Assembly: GCF_006345805.1 (NCBI RefSeq)
Contig: NC_043001.1
Location: 8,804,001 to 8,868,000 of the forward strand
Direction: 5' to 3'
Source: Octopus sinensis
Lineage: Eukaryota
DNA length: 64,000 nucleotides
The position numbers and the translations under genes were made by a program. Below the pieces are notes generated by a model. The model saw nothing but the letters and a program-made list of their open reading frames with translations, ran no database searches and was not told the DNA's origin. Shown here one piece after another: positions 52,942-64,000 of the stretch. How positions within the stretch are numbered: position 1 is the stretch's first letter; each line of letters opens with the position of its first letter.

Positions 52942-53357
52942 AGGCGGCAAGCTTGGCAGAAATCTTAGCACGCCGGATGAAATGCTTAGCGGTATTTCGT
53001 CTGCCGTTACATTCTAAGTTCAAATTCCGCCGAGGTCGACTTTGCCTTTCAATCCTTTCGGGGTCGATAAATTAAGTACCTGTTACGCACTGGAGTCGAT
53101 ATAATCGACTTAATCTGTTTGTCGCTCCTTGTTTGTCCTCACTGTGTTTAGCACCTTGTGGGCAATGAAGAAATAGGTATTTCGTCTGTCGTTACGATGT
53201 GAGTTCAAATTCCTCCGAGTTCGACTTTGCCTTTCATCCTTTCGGGGTCGATAAATTAAGTAGCAGTTGCGCACTGGGGTCGATGTAATCGACTTAAAAC
53301 CTTTGTCTCTCCTTGCTTGTCCCCTCTAAGTTTATCCCCTGTGGGCAATAAAAAATA
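52942..53357 (+). mobile_element. SINE family B, head plus two tandem body units
   Basis: Two iterations of gtatttcgtctg..gccttt..cactgg.gtcgat..tgtgggcaat. Confidence 0.9.
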
Positions 53358-53520
53358 GTTATGTTTCACTAAATTCAAGTTAGAAGACTGGAGTTTTTCA
53401 ACCAAGTCATAAAATGATAACGTGGCTGTGTGATAAGATGCTTGCTTTACAGCCACATGGCTGCAGATTCAGTCCTATGACATGGTACCGTGGACAAGTG
53501 TATCCTACTAAACCCTCAAG

Positions 53521-54010
53521 CTGAGTACAAACTGGATCACTCTGCAGCAGAAGCTCTACAGAATATGAAACTGCACATTGGTAATGGTTTTGTTAACATC
53601 AGAACTCTTCATAGATGGTTCCAGAGCTCAGGTCGAAGAGATGATAGCCTTGAAAATAAACCAAGGGTTAGGCCAAAATCAGTTATTCAGCATGATGGAT
53701 TATATACTTCGGTTGAACAAAATCCGAGAACAGAACTAAGGTTTGAAAACTTTCATGAGAACTGCAAACATCAGGCTCAACTATTTTTGGACACCTGTAA
53801 AAATTGGATAAATCAAGAAACCGGATAGGTTTGTTCCACATCATCTCGTTAAGAGAGTCAAAAAACCGACACCTCGAGTGTGCTCCTTATTGGAAAAGAC
53901 CGTTTTTGCATCAAATCATTACTTGTGATCAGAAATGGATATACTTTGACAACAGGACAGCGATTAGATGCATCAAAGTCTCCTAAACGTTACCAAAACC
54001 ACCATTGCAC
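53521..54010 (+). mobile_element. Mariner transposase pseudogene fragment (HTH to first catalytic Asp)
   Basis: EYKLDHSAAEA..RTLHRWFQ..SLENKPRVRP..VEQNPRT; RFVPHHL (WVPHEL); PFLHQIITCDQKWIYFDN (TGDEKW). Confidence 0.92.
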
Positions 54011-54082
54011 ACTAAATGTTAATATATGTATATGCATTCATGTATGTAGGTGTGTGGGGGCACAGGCATGCCTACGTGGATA

Positions 54083-54545
54083 GATGCAGGTGTGGCGGTA
54101 AGGTAAGAATCTTGTTCCCAAATACATTATTCTGGATTCAGTCCCTCTGTGTGACACATTGGGCAGGTGTCTTCAACTACACCCTCGGCCCGACTAAAGC
54201 CTCGTGACCGGATTTGGTAGAGACAACCAGAAAGAAGTCTTCGTATCTTTGTGTGTAGGCATGCGCACACGTGTGTGTGTATGTGTGCGTGTGCGTGTGT
54301 GTATGTGTGTGTGTGCGTGTGTGTGTGTGCGTCATTGTTTGTCTGCGTCTGAGTTTGTTCCCCACTATCGTTTGAAAACCGGTACCAGTTTGTTTACATC
54401 CCGTAACTTAGCTGTTGGCAAAAGAGACCGATAGCATAAGTACAAGGCATGAAAACAAAGGTAGACCTGCGGATGATAATTCTACCAAATATATTTCAAG
54501 GTAGTACCTCCAGCTTGACATAAGTCTAATGACTGAATCCCGTAA
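54083..54545 (+). mobile_element. Old SINE family A
   Basis: Head, tgtgacacattgggcaggtgtc, ttggcaaaagagaccgatag. Confidence 0.75.
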
Positions 54546-54548
54546 AAG

Positions 54549-54605
<57 letters not shown>

Positions 54606-55056
54606 GATATAATATATATAATAAATAATAAATAAAACATATGCATATATACATACATTATGTACGTACCTACCTCTACATGTATATATAGATGCATATA
54701 TGGGTACAAGACACCAAAAGACGTAGAACACAATGAAAGGCGAAAACATAAACACAAAACCAAGGAACTGGACATTTTTCTTAAACAACGAAAAAATAGA
54801 GTACAGGACAAATAAAAGAAGGAAAATTCCCCTTCTTCAGTCGCCATGGTTTCATCTACTCTGCTCTTCGAAGGTGAAGGCGATACGCATCTTCGATAGA
54901 AACTTTGCTTCCCGCGAAAAGCAAATTAAATAAAATTTGAGATCTTTTTGTGGAGGGGTAAAAATGGTAACAAAAACAACAACTACAACAACAACGACGA
55001 CAACAACAAAAACAACAACAACAACAACAACAATAATAATAATAATTATAATAATA

Positions 55057-55356
55057 AAATTCAAAGACCTGGAAATAGAGGTAACTACAATGTGGAATCT
55101 AAGAATAGAAACAATTCCTATTATAGTAGGTGCATTAGGCATGATAAAATATTCAGACAAATACATAACACAAACACCAGGACTTACAAACACATATAAC
55201 ATACAGAAAATTGCACTACTAGGCACTGCACACATCCTACGCAGAACACTTTCAATACAGTAACCATCAGAGCATCACAACAAATCACAGTACATACACA
55301 AGGCACACAGAGTAGTGTGTGAAGTGAAAGCACGCTATAAAAAAATAAAACTACTG
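55057..55356 (+). mobile_element. R4/Dong-clade LINE 3' end in (AAC/AAT)n
   Basis: KFKDLEIEVTTMW..IPIIVGALG..LLGTAHILRRTLSIQ plus 3' UTR and a long (AAT)n. Confidence 0.85.
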
Positions 55357-55371
55357 AATGATAATAATAAC

Positions 55372-55408
<37 letters not shown>

Positions 55409-55511
55409 TGATAATAATAATAATAATATAATAATAATAATAATATAAAATAATAATAATGATAATAATAATATTAATAATAATAACAATAATAATAATA
55501 TAATAATAATA

Positions 55512-55561
<50 letters not shown>

Positions 55562-55751
55562 TAATAATAAAGTATTAACGAAAGAATGAGACCTCGACAT
55601 TAGACAGATAGAGGGGATTATTTATATATGTTATAAATCAGAACAAACAATAGAAACTTGTCATTGTATCAGACGGAAATGTATCGTAGCTCTTCGCTCC
55701 GACATTCGAAACTCCAAGTACTTTAAAGACAACCTTTTACTGTTTCAGTTC

Positions 55752-56073
55752 TATATTTAAGAGATGAGGAATTAAGTACATTATTTACATTATTTATATT
55801 ATTTATATTTCACGGATATTTGTCATCTTTTTTTGTTGTATACACAATGTTTCGACTGATATACCCTCCAGTCTTCATCAAGCGTCTTGGGGAAATTTCA
55901 AACCTGGGTTCCCACTCCTAAGCTATTTTTCGATGCTATTATTATTAGTATTATTATTATTCAAGTAACAGCCTGGAATCGAACTCGGAATCTTGGTGTT
56001 AGTAGCTCGCGCTCTTAACCACTACGCCAACAAACAAGACGAGGAGAAATATCCGTTGAATGTAAATAATGTA
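55752..56073 (-). mobile_element. tRNA-head / hammerhead element, copy 2 (right arm partly deleted)
   Basis: Colinear with 16125-16588; minus hammerhead 55841-55886 gacgc-TTGATGA-a-gactg(gagggtatat)cagtc-GAAACATT-gtgta; tRNA-like head 55965-56028. Confidence 0.8.
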
Positions 56074-56176
56074 CTTTTACTGTTTGTTCTAATTTCCAAT
56101 ATATATATACATATATATATATATATATTTTATATATACATATATATATATAAATATATATGTATATGTATATATA

Positions 56177-56264
<88 letters not shown>

Positions 56265-56275
56265 GTGTATATATA

Positions 56276-56306
<31 letters not shown>

Positions 56307-56582
56307 AATATATATATATGTATATATATATATGTATATATATTATATATATGTATATATGTATATATATATAAATATATATATATATATGTATATAAAT
56401 ATGTATATAAGTTGTGTTGTCATCAAATACTTCTGTAAATTCCGCGGTCAGTTTAAGTCCTAAATGATTCACCTTTGAAGAGAAAAGTATGTGTAAGTAT
56501 GTATACGTCGATACAGCAACATATGAGTGTCAAATTATTTACATGTTTGTATATGTACACATGCATGTATACAAATACATAC

Positions 56583-56619
<37 letters not shown>

Positions 56620-57109
56620 GCATGTCTACATACATTTTTTTATATATATAAATATATATATATATGTACATATATATATTCTGTGTTTATGTATGTGTGT
56701 AGATATGTTAGTGTACTTGTATGCGTGTCTGTTTAAGGTAAAAGGCAGCTTAACGAGTTTCACTACCTCAAGGAATGATGAATAACAACTCTTGATTAAA
56801 TTTATAGTTGTATAGGTAACGTAAAATTCATTGCCCCTGCAGTTAATAGTATATAAATTTAGGTTAGTGATCTTCGAAATCTGGTATATTCATGGGAGGG
56901 CGAGAGAGAAACAGAGAGAAAGAATGTTTCTGATTATTTGACTGAGAGATTTTCAAACGAATCTGATGTATTATCTTTCGGTAAGTTGTTTTCGTATGCA
57001 TCGGCGTATTATGGGAGTGCTTTGATGATATTTGAGGGGAAGCAGTTGTATCTAGTAACCGATTGATGTGGCCTATATTGCTGAGTATTTCTCTGTCTCA
57101 CGTTGTCAA

Positions 57110-57343
57110 CTTTTGGCACAACGCCGGCAATATTCCGGTTCGGGTGGAATCAATTACATCGACTCCTGTTCTTAACTGGTACGTATTTTATCGACCTTGA
57201 ATGGATGAAAGGTATTATCGGCTGGGTTGGCATTTCAAACTTAGAACATTGAGAAAAGGAAAAAAAAATTCCGATAAGTATTTTCTTCGACGCTCTACAG
57301 TTTCTGCCATCTTGTTAGCTTTATGATAACAATAATATTGATG

Positions 57344-57423
<80 letters not shown>

Positions 57424-57425
57424 GC

Positions 57426-57456
<31 letters not shown>

Positions 57457-57497
57457 TTGATAATAATAATAATGATAATAATAATAATAATAATAAC

Positions 57498-57559
<62 letters not shown>

Positions 57560-58003
57560 TAATCCTTTTCACTAAAGCCTCAACGCCTGAAATTTGTGGG
57601 GAGGGGACGAGTCGATTACATCGATACCAGTGTTTAACCGTTACTTAATCTATCAACCCCAAATGGATTAAAGCGAAAGTCGATCTCGGCGAAATTTGAA
57701 CTCAGAACGTAAGGACAGGCGAAATGCAGCTAAGCTTTTTGCCCGGTGTTCCACTCACCGCCTTACAATAATAATATAATAATAATAATAATTGTTTTCA
57801 CTGTGGGTGCAAAACCAAAACGTCTTGGGGGAGGAAATTGATCCATTACGTTGACCCTAGTGCTCAAATGGTGTTCTCCCTTATCGAGCGCGAAAGGATG
57901 AAAGGTGAAGTTGATCGCGGTGGAATCCCTCAGAAAGTTAATAGCCGGAGAAATGTCGCCAAATACTTTGTCCGGCGTGCTAAAGTTCCAGTCAGCTCGT
58001 CAC
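57110..58003 (-). mobile_element. Three old SINE family B copies separated by (AAT)n
   Basis: Copies at ~57110-57320, 57563-57765 and 57795-58003. Confidence 0.7.
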
Positions 58004-58029
58004 CACAAAACAGATAAAGAAGCTTGGCT

Positions 58030-58305
58030 GTGCATCCCGTCGGTTACGACACTGAGTGTTCCGGTCATTTCGATCAACAAAGAGCCTGCCCGTGAAGTAA
58101 AAGTGGAAGTAGCTGACCGCTGTACGGGCACACATACTCGTAACGTAGTTCTCGGCGAGAACCAGTGGGAGGAGGGGCTGGCTCATTGCCCTGCACGCAC
58201 GACTTATTTATGCCAGCTGACTGGACTCGAGCAATGGGAAATAAAGTTTCTTCCACACGGAAACAGCATAACACCGGGAATCGATCCTACGACCTCAGCC
58301 ACGCA
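58030..58305 (-). mobile_element. Old SINE with D-type head and C-type tail
   Basis: ccgtcggttacgac..taacgtagttctcgg..ggactcgagcaatgggaaataaag..gggaatcgatcc. Confidence 0.6.
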
Positions 58306-58773
58306 CCTTCAATCATATTGGAGTTGTCAATATGTCGAATAGTATATGTATCGCGGGAATTGATGAGGTAGTTTCTCAACTGAATTAGATTGGAATATTC
58401 TTATAGAAAGCGATATCCATTGATGCATGAAATATCCCATTTATACAGAAACGTAAAATTTAAGTGTATAAGTTGTTTCTGCAAACAATGTCCGTTTATT
58501 TATTTTTTTTCTAAATTTAATATTTTTAAGTAGATTAATCTATATATCACAGAGAGAATCGAATATCTCGAATGTAGTGGATGTAGGTGGACAGGTGAGG
58601 TACGAAGAGATATTTAATAGATTGCGGAAAGAGACAGATTAATTAGGTCAACACGTCTGCTGAAAGGGGAGAGTGGAAGTGTCAGACGTCTGGCAGATTG
58701 ATATCTACAAAAACACATATGTATTTTATTGTATGTATGTGTATATATTGTGCGTAGGCATAATATTACATAT

Positions 58774-58832
<59 letters not shown>

Positions 58833-59370
58833 GTGTGTGTGTATAAGTGTAGTGCATTTGTGTTTGCAATATATATGACAAACACAAACGAGACCACACT
58901 TATGTATACGTACATACATACATACATATGTGTGTATAGAAATAGTGAGTTAGTGTGTGAGTGAGTGAGTGAGTGAGTAAGTCTGATAGATGGACAGATG
59001 TATGTATGTGTGTATACTCACAAACACACAAACAAACACATATATATTTAGTATGATAGCTATTAATATTTGTATAGAAAGTGTCATATAACACATGGAT
59101 CTCCAGCTTATATTTCTTGCGTGGAAAGAGAAATCTAGGAAAGATCATGTTATGTTATCCCCAATTTCTCATGGAATATTTCTCTTCGGACTGGCCTTGG
59201 ATAAACCTCAAAATGGTTGTCGGTAACGTGGGATTTTGTGGGGAGCAACGTTGTTTCAAGGTGAATCATCTGGCTCAACGTTTTATTGCGGGCAGCTATT
59301 GCGATTAAAGAATTGTTAATTACTGAAAAACTTTATAAATATTAACACTTGAATTTTTTTCTGATTGAAT

Positions 59371-59751
59371 GGTGGAAGCACTCCGTCGGTTACGACGACG
59401 AGGGTTCCGGTTGATCCAAATCAACGGAACAGCCTGCTCGTGAAATTAACGTGTAAGTGACTGAGCACTCCACATACACGTGTACCCTTAACGTAGTTCT
59501 CGGGGATATTCAGCGTGACACAGAGAGTGACAAGGCCGGCCCTTTGAAATACAGGTACAACAGAAACAGGAAGTAAGAGTGAGAGAAAGTTGTGGTGAAA
59601 GAGTACAGCAGGGATCACCACCATCCCCTGCCGGAGCCTCGTGGAGCTTTAGGTGCTCAATAAACACTCACAAAGCCCGGTCTGGGAATCGAAACCGCGA
59701 TCCTCTGACCGCGAGTCCGCTGCCCTAACCACTGGGCCATTGTACCTCCAC
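59371..59751 (-). mobile_element. Full-length SINE family C with 12-bp TSD
   Basis: TSD ttctgattgaat at 59359-59370 and 59752-59763. Confidence 0.93.
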
Positions 59752-59875
59752 TTCTGATTGAATATATATGTCCAGAAGGTTAATCATTGTGGATATCGTG
59801 CTTGTGGAGGCAACGGTATTGATGCAGGTCGGTGAAGGATATGGGTGTGAATCTCTGTGTGGGTTTCATATATAT

Positions 59876-60195
59876 GAAGGCACGTGGATTAGTTGTTAGG
59901 GTGTTCGGCTCAAGATCGTAAGGGCGTGAGTTCGATTGCCAATGGTGCGTTGTGCCCTGGAGCATGACACTTTACTTCGCATTGTTCTTGTTCAACCAGC
60001 TGATGAAAATGAGTTATATCTGTAATTACAAATGCCACCCTTGATACATTCTGTTTCACGCTGAATATCCCTCGGAATTATGTTAAGGATATGCGTTTCT
60101 GAGGAAGTCTCAACCATTTGCACGTTAACGTCACGAGCAGTCTCTTCCTTTGATCGGAGCAGCTGGAACACTCGCCATCGCAAGAAACAGAGTGT
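59876..60195 (+). mobile_element. Old SINE with D-type head and C-type tail
   Basis: gaaggcacgtggattagttgttaggg..gagttcgatt..tcacgctgaatatccc..cacgttaacgtcacgagcag. Confidence 0.7.
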
Positions 60196-60837
60196 GAATA
60201 TGTATGTATTCATTTTGCTGATCCTGTTGCAAAGAAAACTAACATTTCCAAGTTGTATCCATCAAGGAAAATATAACCTATCCAAATGGAATGCATCATG
60301 AACGCATGAACACCAATGTTAGTTGTGGAACATTTATCCATAACAGTGGAGAAAACACAACATAACTTCCCAATTAGAAAGTTACCACTTGCAGGGAAGC
60401 AACAAAATGCGCATAAAAATTTCTCAACTACAAATAGTAGATCATTCATTAACATAATCAAATATCCCAGCCACACTTCAAAACAGGCGTGCACCACAAA
60501 AATATTTAAATACTTAAATACTTTCAATGCATAAAAAGTATGACTATAATTAAGTATTAAAACAACTGTGTAAAGCCTTTGATTTAATTCTTATATTCCA
60601 AATGCTCAGGTTCTCATTCTTACACTTCTTTTCTTTGGAAACCCTGAGTTTTTTCTCGCTCTATTTTTTCAAATGCGGCTTACGAAAGATTCAGTATGCA
60701 GGTAAATATATTAAAGACCATGACACTGATCCAGCCTGCACCAAGCCACAACAATTCACCCCAAAAACGTTAGCATCAATTGCCAAACTCTAAAAGTTGA
60801 ACACTTAACATATCTTGTATGTATCCTATCGAAGACT

Positions 60838-61535
60838 CCCACGTGTGAAAAGGACGTGGAGAACCGGATTGCGGAGGCCCACTTTGCCTTCGACTCAACC
60901 AACGTGTATTCCTCAATTACCATCCGGATAAATAACATGGTCTTCCGTGCCAATGTCGTGTCAACTCTACTCTACGATGGTGAGACTTGGACGTTGTACC
61001 GCCGTAACTTCAAACCCCTCGAATCCTTCCAACAATCGAAGCTATGACAGATCCTCAACATAGAATGGGAAGATCACGTTACCACCGAGATTCCTCGCCA
61101 CACCATTTTTCGCCATCGTCTTCGATGGGCAGGTCATGTCCAGCGTATGGAGCTCTCTCGTTTCCCAAAGATCATGCTCTACGGAGAACTTGCAATCAGT
61201 ACAAGACCCAGAAGAGGTCCGAAATTCCGTTTTAAAGACCTATTCAAACGGAACTTGGCTCAACCTAACAATTAGCCATCCTCACGGGAAGAGATTGCCA
61301 TGGATAGGACAGCTTGGAGGACTGCTATCCGCAATGGAGCCATCTCCTTCGGACAGAACAGACAACAGAATGAGGAGGCAAAAGGCAAAAGAAAAGAGCG
61401 TCTTCAATATACTCAACATGCACCGACCATCCCCTGCGAGTTCTGCCGACGACTCTTGGACTCCAAAGTCACTTTCCGCACAAACATGAGCCGAGGAGAC
61501 GGGAAGGAAACTGACGAACCCGATGCTCGGATATG
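60838..61535 (+). mobile_element. RTE LINE 3' fragment
   Basis: VENRIAEAHFAF..VVSTLLYDGETWTLYRR..LRWAGHVQRME..RFPKIMLYGEL..RGPKFRFKD..DRTAWRTAI..PCEFC. Confidence 0.92.
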
Positions 61536-61599
61536 AGCTGGAGCCAATGATTTTAAGTTAGACTCACATATATCCTGATGTTGCTTAGTTACCTTCTTT

Positions 61600-61950
61600 G
61601 AGATCTTCCTTCTTCCTACAAACACTTCCTCCCACCCATCTCTCCTCTCTTGCTCCGACTCCTACTTCTTCTCTTCCCTCGTACCCACCTTCTCCCTTCC
61701 CCTTCTCCCTTCATCGTCACCCCTCCTTCGTAACCCCACCCCTATACAATCCAACACCACCTTCCCTATCCATCCCTTACCACCCACACCGCCACCTCAT
61801 CCCTTACACCGGCTCCAATATACCCCACCTCTATCCCGACCATCAGCCTCACCACACCCCACCCTTGTTTACCCCAATCTCGCCTCCACACATCCCAACA
61901 TCATCACAGCACTCACCACCAGGTCATACACCACCATACCACACACCACA
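61600..61950. repeat. C-rich low-complexity tract
   Basis: Irregular CCC/CAC runs with almost no G on plus. Confidence 0.8.
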
Positions 61951-61951
61951 T

Positions 61952-62220
61952 AGAAGCTTACCCTCCTAGGCACAAGTCCGGGTAAGGTTATTTGTGGAAG
62001 GCCAACAATCGCCCATGCTTACCAGCCTCCCCTCTCCACGCCACTGATGTTATCCAAAGGAAAGGCAAAGGGGCCGATACAGCTTGGCACCTGTGACGTT
62101 TCTACAGCTGAGTGAAATGGAGCAACGTGAAATAATGTGTTTTGCTCAAGAACACAACACTCAACCCGTCCGGGACTCGAACTCACAACCTCACGATCGT
62201 CAGCTCAACTTTTTAGCCAC
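61952..62220 (-). mobile_element. SINE family D
   Basis: tRNA-like head (B box GAGTTCGAGTCC on minus), CORE-like tgtgttcttgagcaaaacac, tail shared with 15640-15790. Confidence 0.75.
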
Positions 62221-62574
62221 CTTCACATAGATATAGTTTCGCTATATCTGCGCGTAGGTGTACGTGTATGTGTGCATGTGTGTACATGTGAGTGCATGCG
62301 TGCAATGTGACTGCGTGTTTGTGAGAGCGTGTGTGTGTATGTGCGTATGTAAGAAGTAGGTGTCTAGTCGCCAGACTCATTAAATCGTCGGATAGAACGC
62401 TTTGCTGTATTTGTTCCGATTCTCTGAACCCTGAATCCAAATTCCATGGACAATTTACCTTTTATCTTATCTGGATCGCTCAATTACCATTCGAGTATTG
62501 AAGCAGCTTCTTAATTCTTCTCACTTTCTCTATCTGCTGCCGTCTTTTGAACTCTTCTCTCCGTTTCCTTTCTT

Positions 62575-62606
<32 letters not shown>

Positions 62607-63794
62607 AATCTATCTATCTGTCATTCTTTCTTTCCCTCTGTTCCTCACTGTAAGAACTCGACTGTGTTCAAATCAAGAGATGGATCAGCTTCGCAACGTA
62701 GATAATCCACAAGAGAGGTAATACATCCCGACGAAGCATCTCTGATTCCACTAAGGGTATATACCCCGGGGAATGACGGATAGAATAATTGCTTAAGAGA
62801 GTCTGTAACTACAATAAGATTCAATCTAAGCGGAAAATATTTGGACAACATCAAACTAGAAACATGAAGCTTTTAAGCAAAAGTAATAGTCATATAATTT
62901 CCAATAAAAATAATCTTCTCTATGATGTTATTTCATTAAAAACACAGAAACTGGTAATTAGATAATGTATATCATTTAATTACCGACTACTGTCAAAAGT
63001 AATAACAACTTTTGATAAAAAGTAAGTTTTTCTCACCCAAATATAAGCATCGTGATTGTTATATATAAAAGCATGTGTACTTTTTCTCGATATCAATTCT
63101 CTGGTGAAAACAATTCGAATGTATAAAGTGGATACGATGTTACCGCTTACATTTACGTAATTAGTGCAAAAGTATTGTAAATATACTTAGGAGTTTCATT
63201 ATGAGTTCTCAAAAATACATAGTAAACAGTTTAGTCTATTTTATATTCGTGTGATCACATGATCGACTAGACTAATATGTGTAGCTATATATCGCTGGTC
63301 ACAATACGCTTTAAGGAAAATGTATAGACGAATGTATATATTTCGGTACGTAGTTTGATTTAATAATACTGCTGCGTTGAGAGTATTTTGTCGAAATATT
63401 GTATTCTAGTAAATATCATATGGCTGCTGAAAATGCGTTATTTATGCAAATTGATACAAAGAGTCTGCGTTAGAATGGATGTTTATCAATACATAAGTAA
63501 GAACATTTCTAAAATAGATAAAACATTGATAAAATTAACCGACTGCTGAAATAGCATTATCTCAGCAAACAGCCAAGCGTGTTATGATAAAAATCGCATG
63601 GGTAGATATAAAACAACGTACGGTACATTATACATTATATTATCGATAACTCAGTGGTTAGAAAATGAAAGAAAGTTATAAAAAAAGTCGAAGCTGAAAT
63701 ATATAAACATAAAATACCACCTGAGTTGTTTACAAAATTAATTTATATTCCTATTGTATTTAATTACATTTAACTATATCTAAGTATATTAATG

Positions 63795-63990
63795 AAGCGA
63801 GTTGACAGAATCATAACCGCAGCGGAAAGACGAATGCATACCGACATTTCTTTCGTCCTTACTGCCGGATTTGATTTTGTGCTTCATCCATTCAGGGTCG
63901 ATAAATTAAATAGAAGTTACGCACTGGGGTCGATATAAAATACTTCGGCACTTCCCGAAATAGTTGGTCTTGTGTCAAAAGTTGAAACCA
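63795..63990 (+). mobile_element. Old SINE family B
   Basis: gcgagttgacagaatc..ttcatccattcagggtcgataaattaa..cactggggtcgat. Confidence 0.7.
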
Positions 63991-64000
63991 ATAAGTTACG

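Noticed and set aside
61598-61969. 123-aa Pro/His-rich ORF
   Set aside because: A by-product of a C-rich low-complexity tract between an RTE end and a SINE

Overview
This is AT-rich eukaryotic non-coding DNA, intergenic or from a large intron, saturated with microsatellites and mobile-element debris. The SINE/LINE repertoire resembles an octopod cephalopod genome (inference). No confident host protein-coding gene is seen, and most ORFs in the track are microsatellite read-throughs. Contents: about 35 tRNA-derived SINE copies from several modular families; (TAA)n-targeted R4/Dong LINE 3' ends plus an unclassified ~555-bp (TAA)n-targeted partner element; RTE and CR1-like LINE fragments; mariner, piggyBac-like and Helentron-type remnants; a 5S rRNA pseudogene; a decayed Penelope-like ORF; and a 100-N gap. 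The most notable signal is a set of minimal type I hammerhead ribozyme motifs of Penelope pLTR type in head-to-head foldbacks. One family, seen twice (16.1-16.6 kb and 55.7-56.1 kb), has a tRNA-like Pol III head between inverted hammerhead-bearing arms. It is a candidate Pol III-driven, Penelope-mobilised ribozyme SINE. All calls were made by eye without alignment tools, so boundaries are approximate.
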